From Octopus vulgaris (taxonomy: Eukaryota): 64,000 bases of DNA. The notes under the pieces were generated by a model. It worked only from the letters and a program-made list of their open reading frames with translations. It searched no databases and was not told the origin of the DNA. Position 1 is the stretch's first letter. Each line of letters starts with the position of its first letter. The stretch lies in the NCBI GenBank assembly GCA_951406725.2, contig OX597824.1, positions 13,330,001-13,394,000 on the forward strand, given 5' to 3'. Shown one piece after another: positions 1 to 12,215 of the stretch. The position numbers were made by a program, and so were the translations under genes.

Positions 1-15
1 CTATCTATCTATCTA

Positions 16-111
<96 letters not shown>

Positions 112-156
112 CATATATACATATATAGATACATACATACATAAATACATACATAT

Positions 157-187
<31 letters not shown>

Positions 188-935
188 CATACATACATAC
201 AGACATAGTCAGAACCGTTTATTAGTTGGTCTGCCGCTTGATCTGTCTGTCTGTCTGCTTCTCTTGACAAATTAAATACAAATAAACACACAGATAGAAA
301 GATAACTACAGATGCATTCTTATGCGGAGAACAATTACATCCGCAGCCACACAAATAGGTAGTGAAATAAATATATACAAATATATACACACTCATACTT
401 AAACATACGTATATACGCATATACATACACATATAGAGAAACAAGCAGTTTTCCTGAGAGTAAAAGAATAGAAATATATATTTCAGGCTGTATCCAGGTT
501 GCTAATAAAACATATATGACTAGCGCGCGCTAGTTATATATATATGAACGTCTGCTTTTCTTTCATATGAACGTCTGCTTTTCTTTCATTTGTGGAGACG
601 CACACATATATATATATGTGTATGTGCATACATCTTCTATGTTTTCTATAAAATATACACCATTTTATGTTATTTTCTATTATTACTTCAATTAATACAT
701 TTTCTATCAAATGTTTGACTACTTATAAATATTTTGTTCCATAAATACCATGTTTCAAATCTAATGAATTATTTACGCCATCACTAGCAAACGCATAACT
801 TTGATTAATGACAGAGTAATTACAATACAATTGTCTGTCTGTCTGTCTGTCTATCTGGCTGTCTATCCGTTAGTCAGTCTCTGTCTGTCCGTGTGTCTCC
901 CTACCTACCTACCTACCTACCTACCTACCTACCTG

Positions 936-998
<63 letters not shown>

Positions 999-1011
999 GT
1001 CTATCTATCTA

Positions 1012-1070
<59 letters not shown>

Positions 1071-2334
1071 GTCTGTCTGTCTGTCTTTCTATCTATCATA
1101 TTCTCTTTCTGTCTGTCTTTTAAATTAGCCTTTTGTCGAATGTGAATGAATTTGGAAGACGGTAACTGTAGGGCAGCCCCTCTGTGTGTTCGTGTGCGTG
1201 CGTGTTTGTGTGTGTGTGTGTGTGTGTGTATTTATTGTTTACAAGAAAGTCTACAATCAGTTATTGTAGGTGGTGGCCTTTTGGAGCGTTTTGTAAGACG
1301 ACATATTCTAACGCCTTGTTCTTTAACAAAAATGGTTTTAGTATAGCTTGAGGGCTGCTTAGCAGTCATTTTCGTCACATTGTGCAACCACTTAAGGCTC
1401 CTTTCTCCGGCTGCTGTGTACCATTTATTGAAATTGGTAGGATGAAGAAGAACCGGGTTAATTGAAAAGGATTGCATTGCATGTGTACACTGAGGAGTTG
1501 GAAGTAACACAGGCTGAGAATATGGAGGTAGTATCTGTGTAATTCAGTTACTAGTCGAGGAAAGCGAGTTAATGAGCATAAAGTTATAGGGTTCAAAGCT
1601 ATACAATCAATAACACTGACGTTGCTATGCAGAAGAGAATTGTTTTGGAACTATGTTTTTTATTTGTTTAATTATCTTATTTGTTTTAATTAAAGTTTAA
1701 CCTCCTGCACCCGAAGCAGCAATAATGCATGGCTGAAGAATTTCAGCAAACTTCCCATGGGCTTCAGGTTTTAGATTAAGCTACAAAGCATGCAATGGGT
1801 GAACTTTCTATGGAAACACGCCAAAATAATTGTTGATCTCCGTTGATGACATTGTTATTTAAATACCATCGGCATCTTATCATCCACCAGGCAATGCAGA
1901 AAATTATGACTCGCCCTCTCCATGCTGCGGCTTGAATAAGGTTTACGCATAAACACGCACAAAACAAAAAGCGTGATAGCTTTGTTTCAATTATTTTGCC
2001 GACAGCATATCTATCTCGACTTTGGCAACGCCCCATAGTTTAACATATAGTTCTTCCTATCTTTATTCTACTGTCAGGAATAGAATATTAAAAACAAATA
2101 TTAAGCTCAATACAAAGATTAATGCCAAATTTATGAAGATAGCAGATGTCAGTAATTTTTAAAAAAATCTATATTTTATGTATGAGTACCGAGATATGAT
2201 CGCGTGCTCCTACAAAAAAACTAGAGAGCAGAGAAATGTAATCGAACACCGGACTTCATATTTCCAAATTGAAGTTTATAACCAAACAGCTATGATTGCA
2301 TCAAATTCATAATGTGTTGTGACGAAGAATATTG

Positions 2335-3880
2335 ATTTCAAATGTTGGCATAAGGCCGGCAATTTCAGGGGCGCGTGTACGCCGATTACTGATTTCAACA
2401 TTCCTCAATTGGTACTTATTTCGGCGGTTCAGAAAGGATGAAAGGCAAAATCGCCCTCGGCTGAATTTGAACTCAGAACATAAAGACGGACGAAATGCCG
2501 TTAAGTATTTTGCATGAGAGGACAAACAAGGACAGACAGAGGAATTAAGTCGATTACATTGACCCCAGTGCCTAACTGGTCCTTGATTTATTGACCCCGA
2601 AAGGATGAAAAGCAAAGTCGACCTCGGCAGAATTCGAACTCAGAACGTAGCGGCAGACGAAAAACCGCTAAGCATTTCGCCCGGCGTGCTAACGTTTCTG
2701 CCAGCTCGCCGCCTTAGATCACTGTCTTATTGGTTTCAAGTTTTGGCACAAGGCCAGCAATTTAAGGAGAGAGGGATAAATCGATTATAGCGACACCAGT
2801 GATCAGCTGGTACTTATTCTATCGACTTCAAAAGGATGAAAGGCAAAGTCGATATCGGCGGAATATGAACTAAAACATAAAGACGGACAAAATGCCGCTG
2901 CGTAATTTGCCCGTCGTGCTAACGATGCTGCCAGCTTGCCACCTCACATCAAAGAATAATTTTTTCTACTCTAGGCACAATTTTTTTGCGGTGGGGGGTG
3001 CATTGGATGAGATCGAAATCAGTACGTAACTGGTACTTAATTTATCGACCACAAAAGGATGAAAGGTAAAGTCGTAATTTGAACTCAGAATTTAAAGACA
3101 CACGAAATACCGCTAAGCATTTCGCTCGGCGTGCTAACGTTACTTATTTCTTTATTGCCCACAAGGGGCTAAACATAGAGGGGACAAAGAAGAGCAGACA
3201 AAGGGATTAAATCGATTACATCGACCCCAGTACGTAACTGGTACTTAATTTATCGAACCCGAAAGGATGAAAGGCAAAGTCGACCTCAGCAGAATTTGAA
3301 CTCAGAACATAAAGACAGACGAAATACCTATTTCTTTACTACCCACAAGGGGCTAAACACAGAGAGGACAAACAAGGACAGACAAACGGATTAAGTCGAT
3401 TACATCGACTCCAGTGCGTAACTGGTACTTAATTTATCGACCTCGAAAGGATGAAAGGCAAAGTCGCCTCAGAGGAATTTGAACTCAGAACGTAACGGCA
3501 GACGAAATACCTATTTCTTTACTAATCGGATTAAGTCGATTAACTGGTACTTATTTAATCGACCCCCAAAGGATGAAAGGCAAAGTCGACCTCGGCGGAA
3601 TTTGAACTCAGAACGTAACGGCAGACGAAATACCTATTTCTTTACTACCCACAAGGGGCTAAACACAAGGACATACAAACGGATTAAGTCGATTACATCG
3701 ACCCCAAGATACTTTATTTCATGTTGCTCCGGTGCATAACTGGTACTTATTTAATCGACCCCGGAAGGATGAAAGGCAAAGTCGACCTCGGCGGAATTTG
3801 AACTCAGAACATAACGGCAGGCGAAATACTGCTAAGCATTACGCCCGACGAGCTAACGTCTCTGCCAGCTCGCCGCCTTC
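2335..3880 (-). mobile_element. Cluster and multimer of tRNA-derived SINE family A (ggcggcgagctggcagaa... head)
   Basis: About nine tandem units with B-box gagttcaaattcc and core gcctttcatcctttcggggtcgataaa..agtaccag on the minus strand. Confidence 0.9.
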
Positions 3881-4495
3881 GCAACAAAGAGTAATGACGG
3901 AAGAATGCTGTTATCTCTGTAGAATGCTAAATGGTAAAAAACACCTGGTTGCAGGGTAACAATCTGAAGAGATCTATTCAAAAGTCCTCTATTATACCTT
4001 TATCTATCGGTGTGCTTGTGTGTGTGTGTGTGTGTGTGTGTGTTGCTTAACATCCATGCTAATCCGATTCCACTGATATATCACTCTGTATTACGATCAA
4101 TACAATCGAACTCTCATATCCGCCTTCTTTCTCTAACCTATATATCATAAGATGCATTATAAAAGATACCACACATTTAGTAGTGAGCGATAGACACGCA
4201 CATACACACACACACAGACACACACACACGAACACACAAACAAACACACACATACACACACACACACGCACACGCACACGCACAGACACACACACACAAA
4301 CACACACATACACACACACACGCACAGACATACACACACATACATACACACACAGACATACACACAGACATACACAGACACACACACGCACACAGACACA
4401 CACACATGCACACAGGCACACAAACACAAATACACACACATACTCAGGCACACAGATACACACACTCGCACATACAGACACAGACACAGACACAG

Positions 4496-4526
<31 letters not shown>

Positions 4527-4870
4527 CACACACTCATACACACACATATATTTGTACGAATGAATATTTTCAATACGTGAAATGTAGATCTATATTCTAA
4601 AATATAATTCTAAGATTCATAAGATAGTATTTGAAAAATACGTAGAATTTAATTAATATTAATTTCACACCTGAGTAAACCTTAACATACATGACATAAT
4701 AATATGATTTTTCTTAAAAATGCATTTAATTAATATTTTTAACACACGAACCCGAAGCTACAGACACTAAACCGAACACAGCCAGACACGCATCCCGAGA
4801 TACACAACGATTTACAACCGCCAACTCATATATATGCGTATGTGTATGTGTTTGTGTATGTGTATATACA

Positions 4871-5110
4871 TCTTAATATATAAAACTGAGAATGTGTATC
4901 TATCTGCCTGTCTGTGTGAATCCTTCAAACTCGGAAACTACATAACCGATTTCATTCTGATTGTACACATACCATATTTTAGGGTACATGCATTGTCATG
5001 GGCCAAAACAGTCTTCAACTTCTTGCCCAGTGAGAGCCTAGATCAATCTCTTATCACTTACACTATTTCGGTATTACGCGTCAAAAGTGAAACAATAACA
5101 TCTCTATTTT
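4871..5110 (+). mobile_element. Probable 5' part of a non-autonomous Helitron
   Basis: A|TCTTAATATATAAAA start followed by (tctg)-like repeats, resembling the other Helitron 5' ends. No 3' CTAG hairpin seen. Confidence 0.45.
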
Positions 5111-5136
5111 AATGTGATTTACTTTCACTATATATA

Positions 5137-5229
<93 letters not shown>

Positions 5230-5263
5230 GTATGTATATATATATATATATATGTATATATTA

Positions 5264-5340
<77 letters not shown>

Positions 5341-5342
<2 letters not shown>

Positions 5343-5614
5343 GTTTATCAATTTGTTTTGCAAGATTCTTGATGTGAAATCGATTGTTGAAACAGATATT
5401 GTTCTACTTTGAGATGGTCATTTTATTTATTATTATTGTTTTTGTTTTTTGCCAAAGAAACATACACACTATTTTTTTCTTCTCTCGTTTATTACTGTTA
5501 TTTTATTATTTTTCTTATCTTGACGCCTGTCCATTGTCCGGAAATCTTTCGTCACACATCTTTTTGGGGAAAAAATAATAATAGATAAAATGACCATCCC
5601 GAGGACAACAGTAC
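5341..5614 (-). mobile_element. Diverged 3' pseudo-LTR fragment related to the 21.5-25.2 kb PLE, with a short inverted arm
   Basis: Reverse complement of 5341-5425 aligns with 25141-25226 (atgaccat...aacaatatctgtttcaaca...cttgca..aaacgt). It carries the HHR 3' half tgtgacgaaag. 5571-5614 is an inverted copy of ~5396-5440. Abuts (TA)n. Confidence 0.75.
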
Positions 5615-6299
5615 TTATATGTATGTGTGTGTGTGTGTGCATGTGAGTGTGTGTTTGCGCGTGTGCGTGCTTGTCTCCGACAATCTAATTCCATTCATAG
5701 GTAATTAGTCAACCTAAGGCTATGATATAATAGTCTTGCCTATAGTGTTGCGCACTGGGACGGAAATGCAATTAACGGTACATGATAAACATGCCGTTTT
5801 GTGCATAAATAGATTAAATTAAAATTTCGTTTAAATATTGTTTTAAGACCTTGCATGCGCATGTATTTGACTGTTAGGTTTGGCTTGTACTTAGGCATTA
5901 GTAGGAAAGACACATAGTATCATGTAAATAAATAGATAGAGAGAGATGAGGTAGAGAGGGAGAGAGAAAATGCAAGGCAAATGGGAACAGGCCGGAACAG
6001 ATAATTTCGAAGGTGTGCTATTTCCAGTAGAACGTTGGTCTGTAACTCAGACGATTGCAAGAAGACACCAAGGATATAAGCATGTCAGTTGAAACCAGCC
6101 CTAAATGGATGGAGGTGACAAGAAAATGCGAGAGGAACCCATCAGCAGACGAACATAGCTTCAGTTCTCGCCACCGCAAACAGGCGAAGCGTCCAAGGTT
6201 CGGAATGAAAAGCTGATGATACGGAACTTTTTCTGACATCGTACTAGTTTCGGAAGAGTTTCAAATGCCACCGAGTAGCATCTGCACTCTCTGTCTCTC

Positions 6300-6370
<71 letters not shown>

Positions 6371-6379
6371 ATATATATC

Positions 6380-6529
6380 CCAGGACTTATTCTTTGTAAG
6401 CCTAGGACTTATTCTAACGCTCTCTTTTGCCGAACTGCTAATTTACGAGGACGTTGGGGGACAAACACAGACACACAAACATATACACATACATACATAC
6501 ATACATACATACATACATACATACATACA

Positions 6530-6563
<34 letters not shown>

Positions 6564-6765
6564 CATACATACATACATACATATATATATATATATACAT
6601 ATGACGGGATTCTTTCAGTTTCCGTCTACGAAATCAACTCAAAAGACTTTGGTCGGCCCGAGGCTTTAGTAGAAGACACTTGCCCAAGTTTCTACGCAGT
6701 GGGACTGAACCCGGAACCATGTAGTTCGTAAGCAAGCTACTTACCCCACAGCCACTCATACGCCT
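6380..6765 (-). mobile_element. tRNA-derived SINE family B (ggcgcaggagtggctgtgtggtaag... head, internal microsatellite)
   Basis: B-box gggttcagtcccactg, CORE-like ccttgggcaagtg, internal (TA/TG)n. Confidence 0.85.
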
Positions 6766-6849
6766 TATATATACATATAATTAATTTTAAAAAAACGGAA
6801 ATTAAAGACAGGAAAAACAACATCGCGAGGACGTGGCACATGAAAATTA

Positions 6850-7252
6850 TTGAGAAGACGCGTAAGACTCCGACGGTCCCTATCTGAAAGTTTTGGTTTT
6901 CCTCCGAAGTTTTGTTTCGACGAGGAGATTTTTCCCTTTTTACTATTGAGGCAGTAATTCTTGATACACCAAACATTCAAGCTGTTTTCGTTACGCTAGC
7001 GCTTACAATACGAGCACCAACAATTTGACCTCTTTGAATGTCCGATAGAACTGTCAGTTTCTTGAATTTTTAATTATCTTTTTTTTCTGATGATATCTGA
7101 AAAGAAGACAGCAATTACATCAAAACATATTAGGCAACACTAATGATAAACCAAAAAAACATAAAAATAAACTAGCTTTTGACGGTTTTATATATATTTC
7201 AAAATTGTGATGGTATGATGCGAGGTGTTTCCATTATTTTGTCCAACCCCTG
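6850..7252 (-). mobile_element. Tc1-like DNA transposon remnant (5' TIR and decayed N-terminal transposase HTH)
   Basis: Minus strand TA|CAGGGGTTGGACAAAATAATGGAAACACC. Translation LSDIQRGQIVGAR..ASVTKTA*MFGVSR / GKISSSKQNFGGKPKLSDRDRRSL contains a stop and a frameshift. Confidence 0.8.
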
Positions 7253-7362
7253 TATATATATGTATACACATTTTCATGCATTTAATATATTTAATATAGT
7301 TAATATATTTGACGTGTGTAATTTGTTTATCCTCATAATTGCTTTTATATATATATATAATA

Positions 7363-7625
7363 TTAATTAGAGACAAAACCACTATTATGCAAATCAAACA
7401 AAGAAAGACTTAATCCAATACATAAAATTTTTTATATAAATTAAATAAAATTAAGTTATCCACTAGAATTGTTTCTTGTCACTTCTAAAGACATTCATCA
7501 GGTGGTTTTCAGACCTTCTATTCAATTTTAAATTAATATTATATAATATTTTACTATAAAATTGGATTCAATCCTAAATCTGATTTTTCCCTGTAAATTT
7601 GGATTTATTCCCTAATATTTATTAT

Positions 7626-7630
<5 letters not shown>
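7363..7630 (-). mobile_element. (TA)n-embedded non-autonomous PLE-like element carrying an HHR
   Basis: Both ends (ttagagacaaaaccactatta... and ...tttggatttattccctaatatttatta) recur in a shorter copy at 53960-54060, also inside (TA)n. Confidence 0.6.
7460..7505 (-). ncRNA. Degenerate minimal type I hammerhead
   Basis: Minus strand CCAC-CUGAUGA-AUGUC...GACAA-GAAAC-AAUU-CUA-GUGG. Stems I and II pair; stem III has one mismatch. Confidence 0.6.
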
Positions 7631-7684
<54 letters not shown>

Positions 7685-7889
7685 TATAATTAATTGTTAA
7701 ATAGTAATATATCCGCTGCATCGAAAATCAATCTGCAATCGCTCCATAACTACAGTCTCATACAGTCGCAGCTATAACCTTGGAGCCCTAGTTATCCATT
7801 ATACCACTTACCTAGCGTACCTAATCGTTTAGATTATCTGTGAACTAATCCCCCATACATTATATATATATATATATATACATACCTAT

Positions 7890-8173
7890 ACCACCGTGAT
7901 TACTGTGACCGACCAGGCTATCAGATGTTGATACACATCGCTGGTCACAATGCGTTTCGCATTGTGTTAGCCTTCAAATGAAGCCACCCCGCTGGCTAAG
8001 AGAGCAGGCCAACAGATGAAAGAGTGAGAGAAAGTGTGGCGAAAGTATACAGCAGGGATCGCCACCTTGTTGAGCTTTAGGTGTTTTCGATCAAAAGACA
8101 CTCACAACGCCCGGTTTGGGAATCGAAACCGCGATCCTACAATCGCGAGTTTACTGCCCTAACCACTGGGCCA
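7890..8173 (-). mobile_element. SINE family C-related copy with a different tail; head clipped by the 8173 fold-back element
   Basis: Minus-strand head atggcccagtggttagggcag...ggtttcgattccc. Confidence 0.8.
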
Positions 8174-8743
8174 TCTAGACTCTTACAAACGCTACACCTT
8201 TAAAAAGAAATGGACTTGTTTGATTGGCCCTTTAGAAAAAAACGGTCAATCTTCGAGCGATAAACACAAAGGTAAAAAAATATATGTATATATATATAAA
8301 AAATCTTATAAAAAATTATAAAATCCGAGGAAAAAACCTTACATTGAATAAAATACATATTGACGTTAATGAAGAAAGTATAAATTAATTCATAGAAATT
8401 AAACCTGTTATAAATATTACACTGCAATACATATTTTTATTAAAATGTGCATATATATATCAACATACACAAAAGGATTTTTTCTCGGATTTTATAATTT
8501 TTTTATAAGATTTTTATATATATATACATATATTTTTTGACCTTTTTGTTTATCGCTCGAAGATTGACCGTTTTTTTCTAAAGGGCCAATCAAACAAGTC
8601 CATTTCTTTTTAAAGGTGTAGCGTTTGTAAGAGTCTAGATTGAATTGATATATCGGTTCCATTCTAGCAAAAACTGTCTGATGAACGGCAACGAGAAACT
8701 CAGAGTAACAGATTTTGTTGAATTTACTGCTGCTTAAAATAAA

Positions 8744-8745
<2 letters not shown>
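8173..8745 (+). mobile_element. Fold-back PLE-like element: ~170-bp inverted arms plus an HHR-bearing tail ending in (TA)n
   Basis: 8173-8340 is the reverse complement of ~8473-8640. The right arm continues into an HHR and then (TA)n. Confidence 0.75.
8667..8719 (+). ncRNA. Minimal type I hammerhead
   Basis: AAAACUGU-CUGAUGA-ACG(GCAA)CGA-GAAA-CUCAGAG-UA-ACAGAUUUU. GUA cleavage triplet, near-palindromic stem III, weak stem II. Confidence 0.7.
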
Positions 8746-8776
<31 letters not shown>

Positions 8777-8966
8777 AAATAGTCTTCCTATTTACCTAAA
8801 ACTCTATTCTATTATTCTATTTATTCATTTATCTACTTTATCACTGATTCTTTTGACCACTCCCCTAAGAAAGACAGTTTGTGCCCTGCCTACCCCAAAA
8901 AAGTCCCCCACCTCACCCCATCAAATCTGCCTAAATGTATAAATGCCAAAACTATTCTTGACGCCA

Positions 8967-9017
8967 AGCTTCCTGATGATTTCATTTGAATGAAACAATT
9001 CTAGTCCTGTAGAAGCT
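8967..9017 (+). ncRNA. Type I hammerhead
   Basis: AGCUUC-CUGAUGA-UUUC(AUUU)GAAU-GAAACA...UGUA-GAAGCU. Perfect 6-bp stem I and GUA triplet, inside a (TA)n-flanked segment (8773-9040). Confidence 0.7.
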
Positions 9018-9036
9018 CCTTCTATAAAATAAATAA

Positions 9037-9094
<58 letters not shown>

Positions 9095-9622
9095 ATATAT
9101 ATATACATATACATACATATATACATATTCATAAATATATGCATGCATATACACATACGACCCGCACAAATGATTTGTTGATAGTGGTCAAATGTATGAG
9201 CTGTACGTTACCTCACTCCTTCCATCAACTCGAAGTTGCCTGTCCAGATGCACGGTGTACCATGTGTCACAGGTGTCAAAGTGATCTGGGAACAATGTGA
9301 GATGAAGAGTTTTGCCCAAGAACACGCACCAACCGGTCTAGGAGTTAAAACCACGATGTGGGAATCGTGAGTGTAACACCCTGACTAATAGGCCAAATAT
9401 ATATATATATATAGTGAGTTGTCATTCATCATAGTAACAACAGAATACCGAAATATATAATCAATGCACTTAACTACCAACAATTTAGTCTACTTCGTTG
9501 TAAACTAATACGAAGTGGAGTCCTTTATCTCTATGACGAATGGAAATCTCAGGTACATTTTACGATCGTAAGCTTTTTTCGTAACATCTTGGTTTAATGA
9601 TCATACCGTATACCTGGCAGAT

Positions 9623-10012
9623 GTGGAGGCGCAATGGCCCAGTGGTTAGGGCAGCGGACTCGCGGTCATAGGATCGCGGTTTCGATTCTCAGACCGGGCG
9701 TTGTGAGTGTTTATTGAGCGAAAACACCTAAAAGCCCCACGAGGCTCCGGCAGGGGATGGTGGTGATCCCTGCTGTACTCTTTCACCACAACTTTCTCTC
9801 ACTCTTACTCCCTGTTTCTGTTGTACCTGTATTTCAAAAGGCCGGCCTTGTCACTCTCTGTGTCACGCTGAATATCCCCGAGAACTACGTTAAGGGTGCA
9901 CGTGTCTGTGGAGTGCTCAGCCATTTACACGTTAATTTCACGAGCAGGCTGTTCCGTTGATTCGGATCAACCGGAACCCTCGTCGTCGTAACCGACGGAG
10001 TGCTTCTAAGAG
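9623..10012 (+). mobile_element. tRNA-derived SINE family C (gtggaggcgcaatggcccagtggttaggg...), full length with TSD
   Basis: A-box tggcccagtgg, B-box-like ggtttcgattc. 13-bp TSD atacct(g/a)gcagat at 9610-9622 and 10013-10025. Confidence 0.9.
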
Positions 10013-10336
10013 ATACCTAGCAGATCTTATGTTTAAGATATGCATTACCGTTAGCATATTTAAATTAACATATACTTTAATGAAAAGCGATTAATTTTGT
10101 AGTTCATTCGGACGTAATATAAATGAAATTCGAATCATGTAATTTAATATAGTTTTGAATCATTAATTTAGAAGGATTGCAGTTAAATTGATGGCTTCTA
10201 AATTTTAATTATTGTATTTCCATGAAGCATCTTAAATTTTGTGATCTCATGTGTAACATCAAACATATTACACACACACACATATATATAATATAATATA
10301 ATATAATATTATATAATATTATATTATATTATATTT

Positions 10337-10383
<47 letters not shown>

Positions 10384-10502
10384 TAATGCAATACGAGAGT
10401 ATTGCTTTCCAGTAAAGAATAGCCCGTGAGGGAAAATTATACATAGAAGTAAATATATTTTCCAGTAAATATCGGTACTTCGTTGTGCCATATATTTACT
10501 TC

Positions 10503-10563
<61 letters not shown>

Positions 10564-10973
10564 GGACAGTTACTCTTGTAGTACATAAAGCTCTAAAAAG
10601 TAGCACGTAGATACTGAGTTGAGAAACCCACATTTGTGTGTGTGTGTGACTCTGTGTGTCTGTGTGTGTGTGACTCTTTGAGTGTGTGTCTGTATGTTAT
10701 GCATGATTACACGTCAGCATTTTTCTGTTTTTGCATGGATATTTGTTCCATTCAAACTGATGTTTCAGCATGAAACTTGTGATAGAAGTTATTATTCAAT
10801 CGATACTCAGAGATGAATATGGCAATCGAGTACGACATACCTACACACAGAGATTCATAGGTGTATATCCACGCGCATATATCTCTATATGTGCCATGAA
10901 TCTTTTTACATATATAGTGTCTGCCTCCTGCTTCTCTCTCTCTTTGCCTTTCTTTCCCGCCCCTCTCTCTCTC

Positions 10974-11031
<58 letters not shown>

Positions 11032-11038
<7 letters not shown>

Positions 11039-11394
11039 ATTGAGGATAAAATCTTTAAAAGAAATTATCAGTAGTCAGCGTGAAAAACCTCGTAAGAGAA
11101 AAAATCCGTAAATTCTTCCTCTTTGAAAATATTCATTTATATTATATTGAGGGTACTACTATCGAGCTTGTAATGTTATGTTTTTCTCTTATATTTCTTG
11201 GGTTTGTTGCACTGATGAACATGAAATGCATATTCTGCATTAAATGCGAAATCACATGTGATATGTAACTGAATTCTTTTTTAAAATGATGCGTTTTGAA
11301 GTTTTGCATTCGGTAAAATTTTGTTTATTTTTAGTAGTTTTGACCGCATTGGTCCCTCTTAGCGTGTTGGTATCTACGAATAGTAGTACCCTCA

Positions 11395-11403
<9 letters not shown>
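11032..11403 (+). mobile_element. (TA)n-embedded HHR element with a short inverted repeat
   Basis: tattatattgagggtactactat (~11139-11162) is inverted at ~11379-11402. HHR inside; (TA)n on both sides. Confidence 0.6.
11206..11269 (+). ncRNA. Type I hammerhead with palindromic stem III
   Basis: GUUGCA-CUGAUGA-ACAUGAAAUGCA(UAUUC)UGCAUUAAAUGC-GAAA-UCACAUGUGA-UA-UGUAAC. All three stems pair. Confidence 0.8.
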
Positions 11404-11464
<61 letters not shown>

Positions 11465-11865
11465 TATGTATAAGTACGTGCATGTATATATATATATTTA
11501 TATATATATATATTAACACACAAAGAGACAAACAGTAAGATAGATAGACATATAGAAGACACACAAACACTATATATTCTAATAAATCTTAGAGGTAAAT
11601 ACGGAAATATATGCGTGCGGTTATACAGTTATGAATCTGTGCGTATGCTCCCTTGTTATCAATCTTTACATTCATTTGATAGATAGGTCAATAGATATAT
11701 GTACGTATATCATAACGTAAGGTAAACTATATACTAGTGTATGGTATATGAGATGAAGTATTACCTGATATAGAACGATATACGCCAAGTAGTGTGGAGA
11801 GATTTGTTTCTAATTTCAAATGGTGACAGCCTACTCTAGTGACAGCACTTGCAATCAGTTAGGCT

Positions 11866-12028
11866 TCGAGCTGGCAGAAACGTTTGCACGCCAGGCGAAA
11901 TACTTAGCGGTATTTCGTCTGCCCTTACGTTCTGAGTTCAAATTCCGTTGAGGTCGACTTTGCCATTCATCCTTTCGGAGTCGATTAAATAAGTACCAGT
12001 TACGCACTGTGGTCGATGTAATCGACTC
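11866..12028 (+). mobile_element. SINE family A (3'-truncated)
   Basis: Head cgagctggcagaaacg, B-box and core present. Confidence 0.85.
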
Positions 12029-12182
12029 CAGGACTTGTTCTTTGTAAGCCTAGTACTTATTCTATCGGTCTCTTTTGCCGAACCGCTAAGTTATGTGGAT
12101 GTAAACACACCAGCATCGGTTGTCAAGCGATGGTGGGGGGACAAACACACACATACACACACGCATATATATATATGTATGT

Positions 12183-12215
<33 letters not shown>

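Noticed and set aside
445-500. HHR-like ctgagag...gaaatatatatttc
   Set aside because: The core box is incomplete and stem II does not pair. It is too degenerate to call.
6205-6260. CTGATGA as a hammerhead (also ~7088 and minus strand ~17113)
   Set aside because: There is no correctly placed stem II-GAAA-stem III arrangement.
9623-9700. tRNA genes at SINE heads (also 14592, 37220, 25735-25790)
   Set aside because: They have A/B boxes but no complete cloverleaf, and most continue into repeat bodies.
9757-9960. Repeated 67-aa ORF (also 14725-14928)
   Set aside because: It lies within SINE family C, so recurrence reflects the repeat rather than coding constraint.
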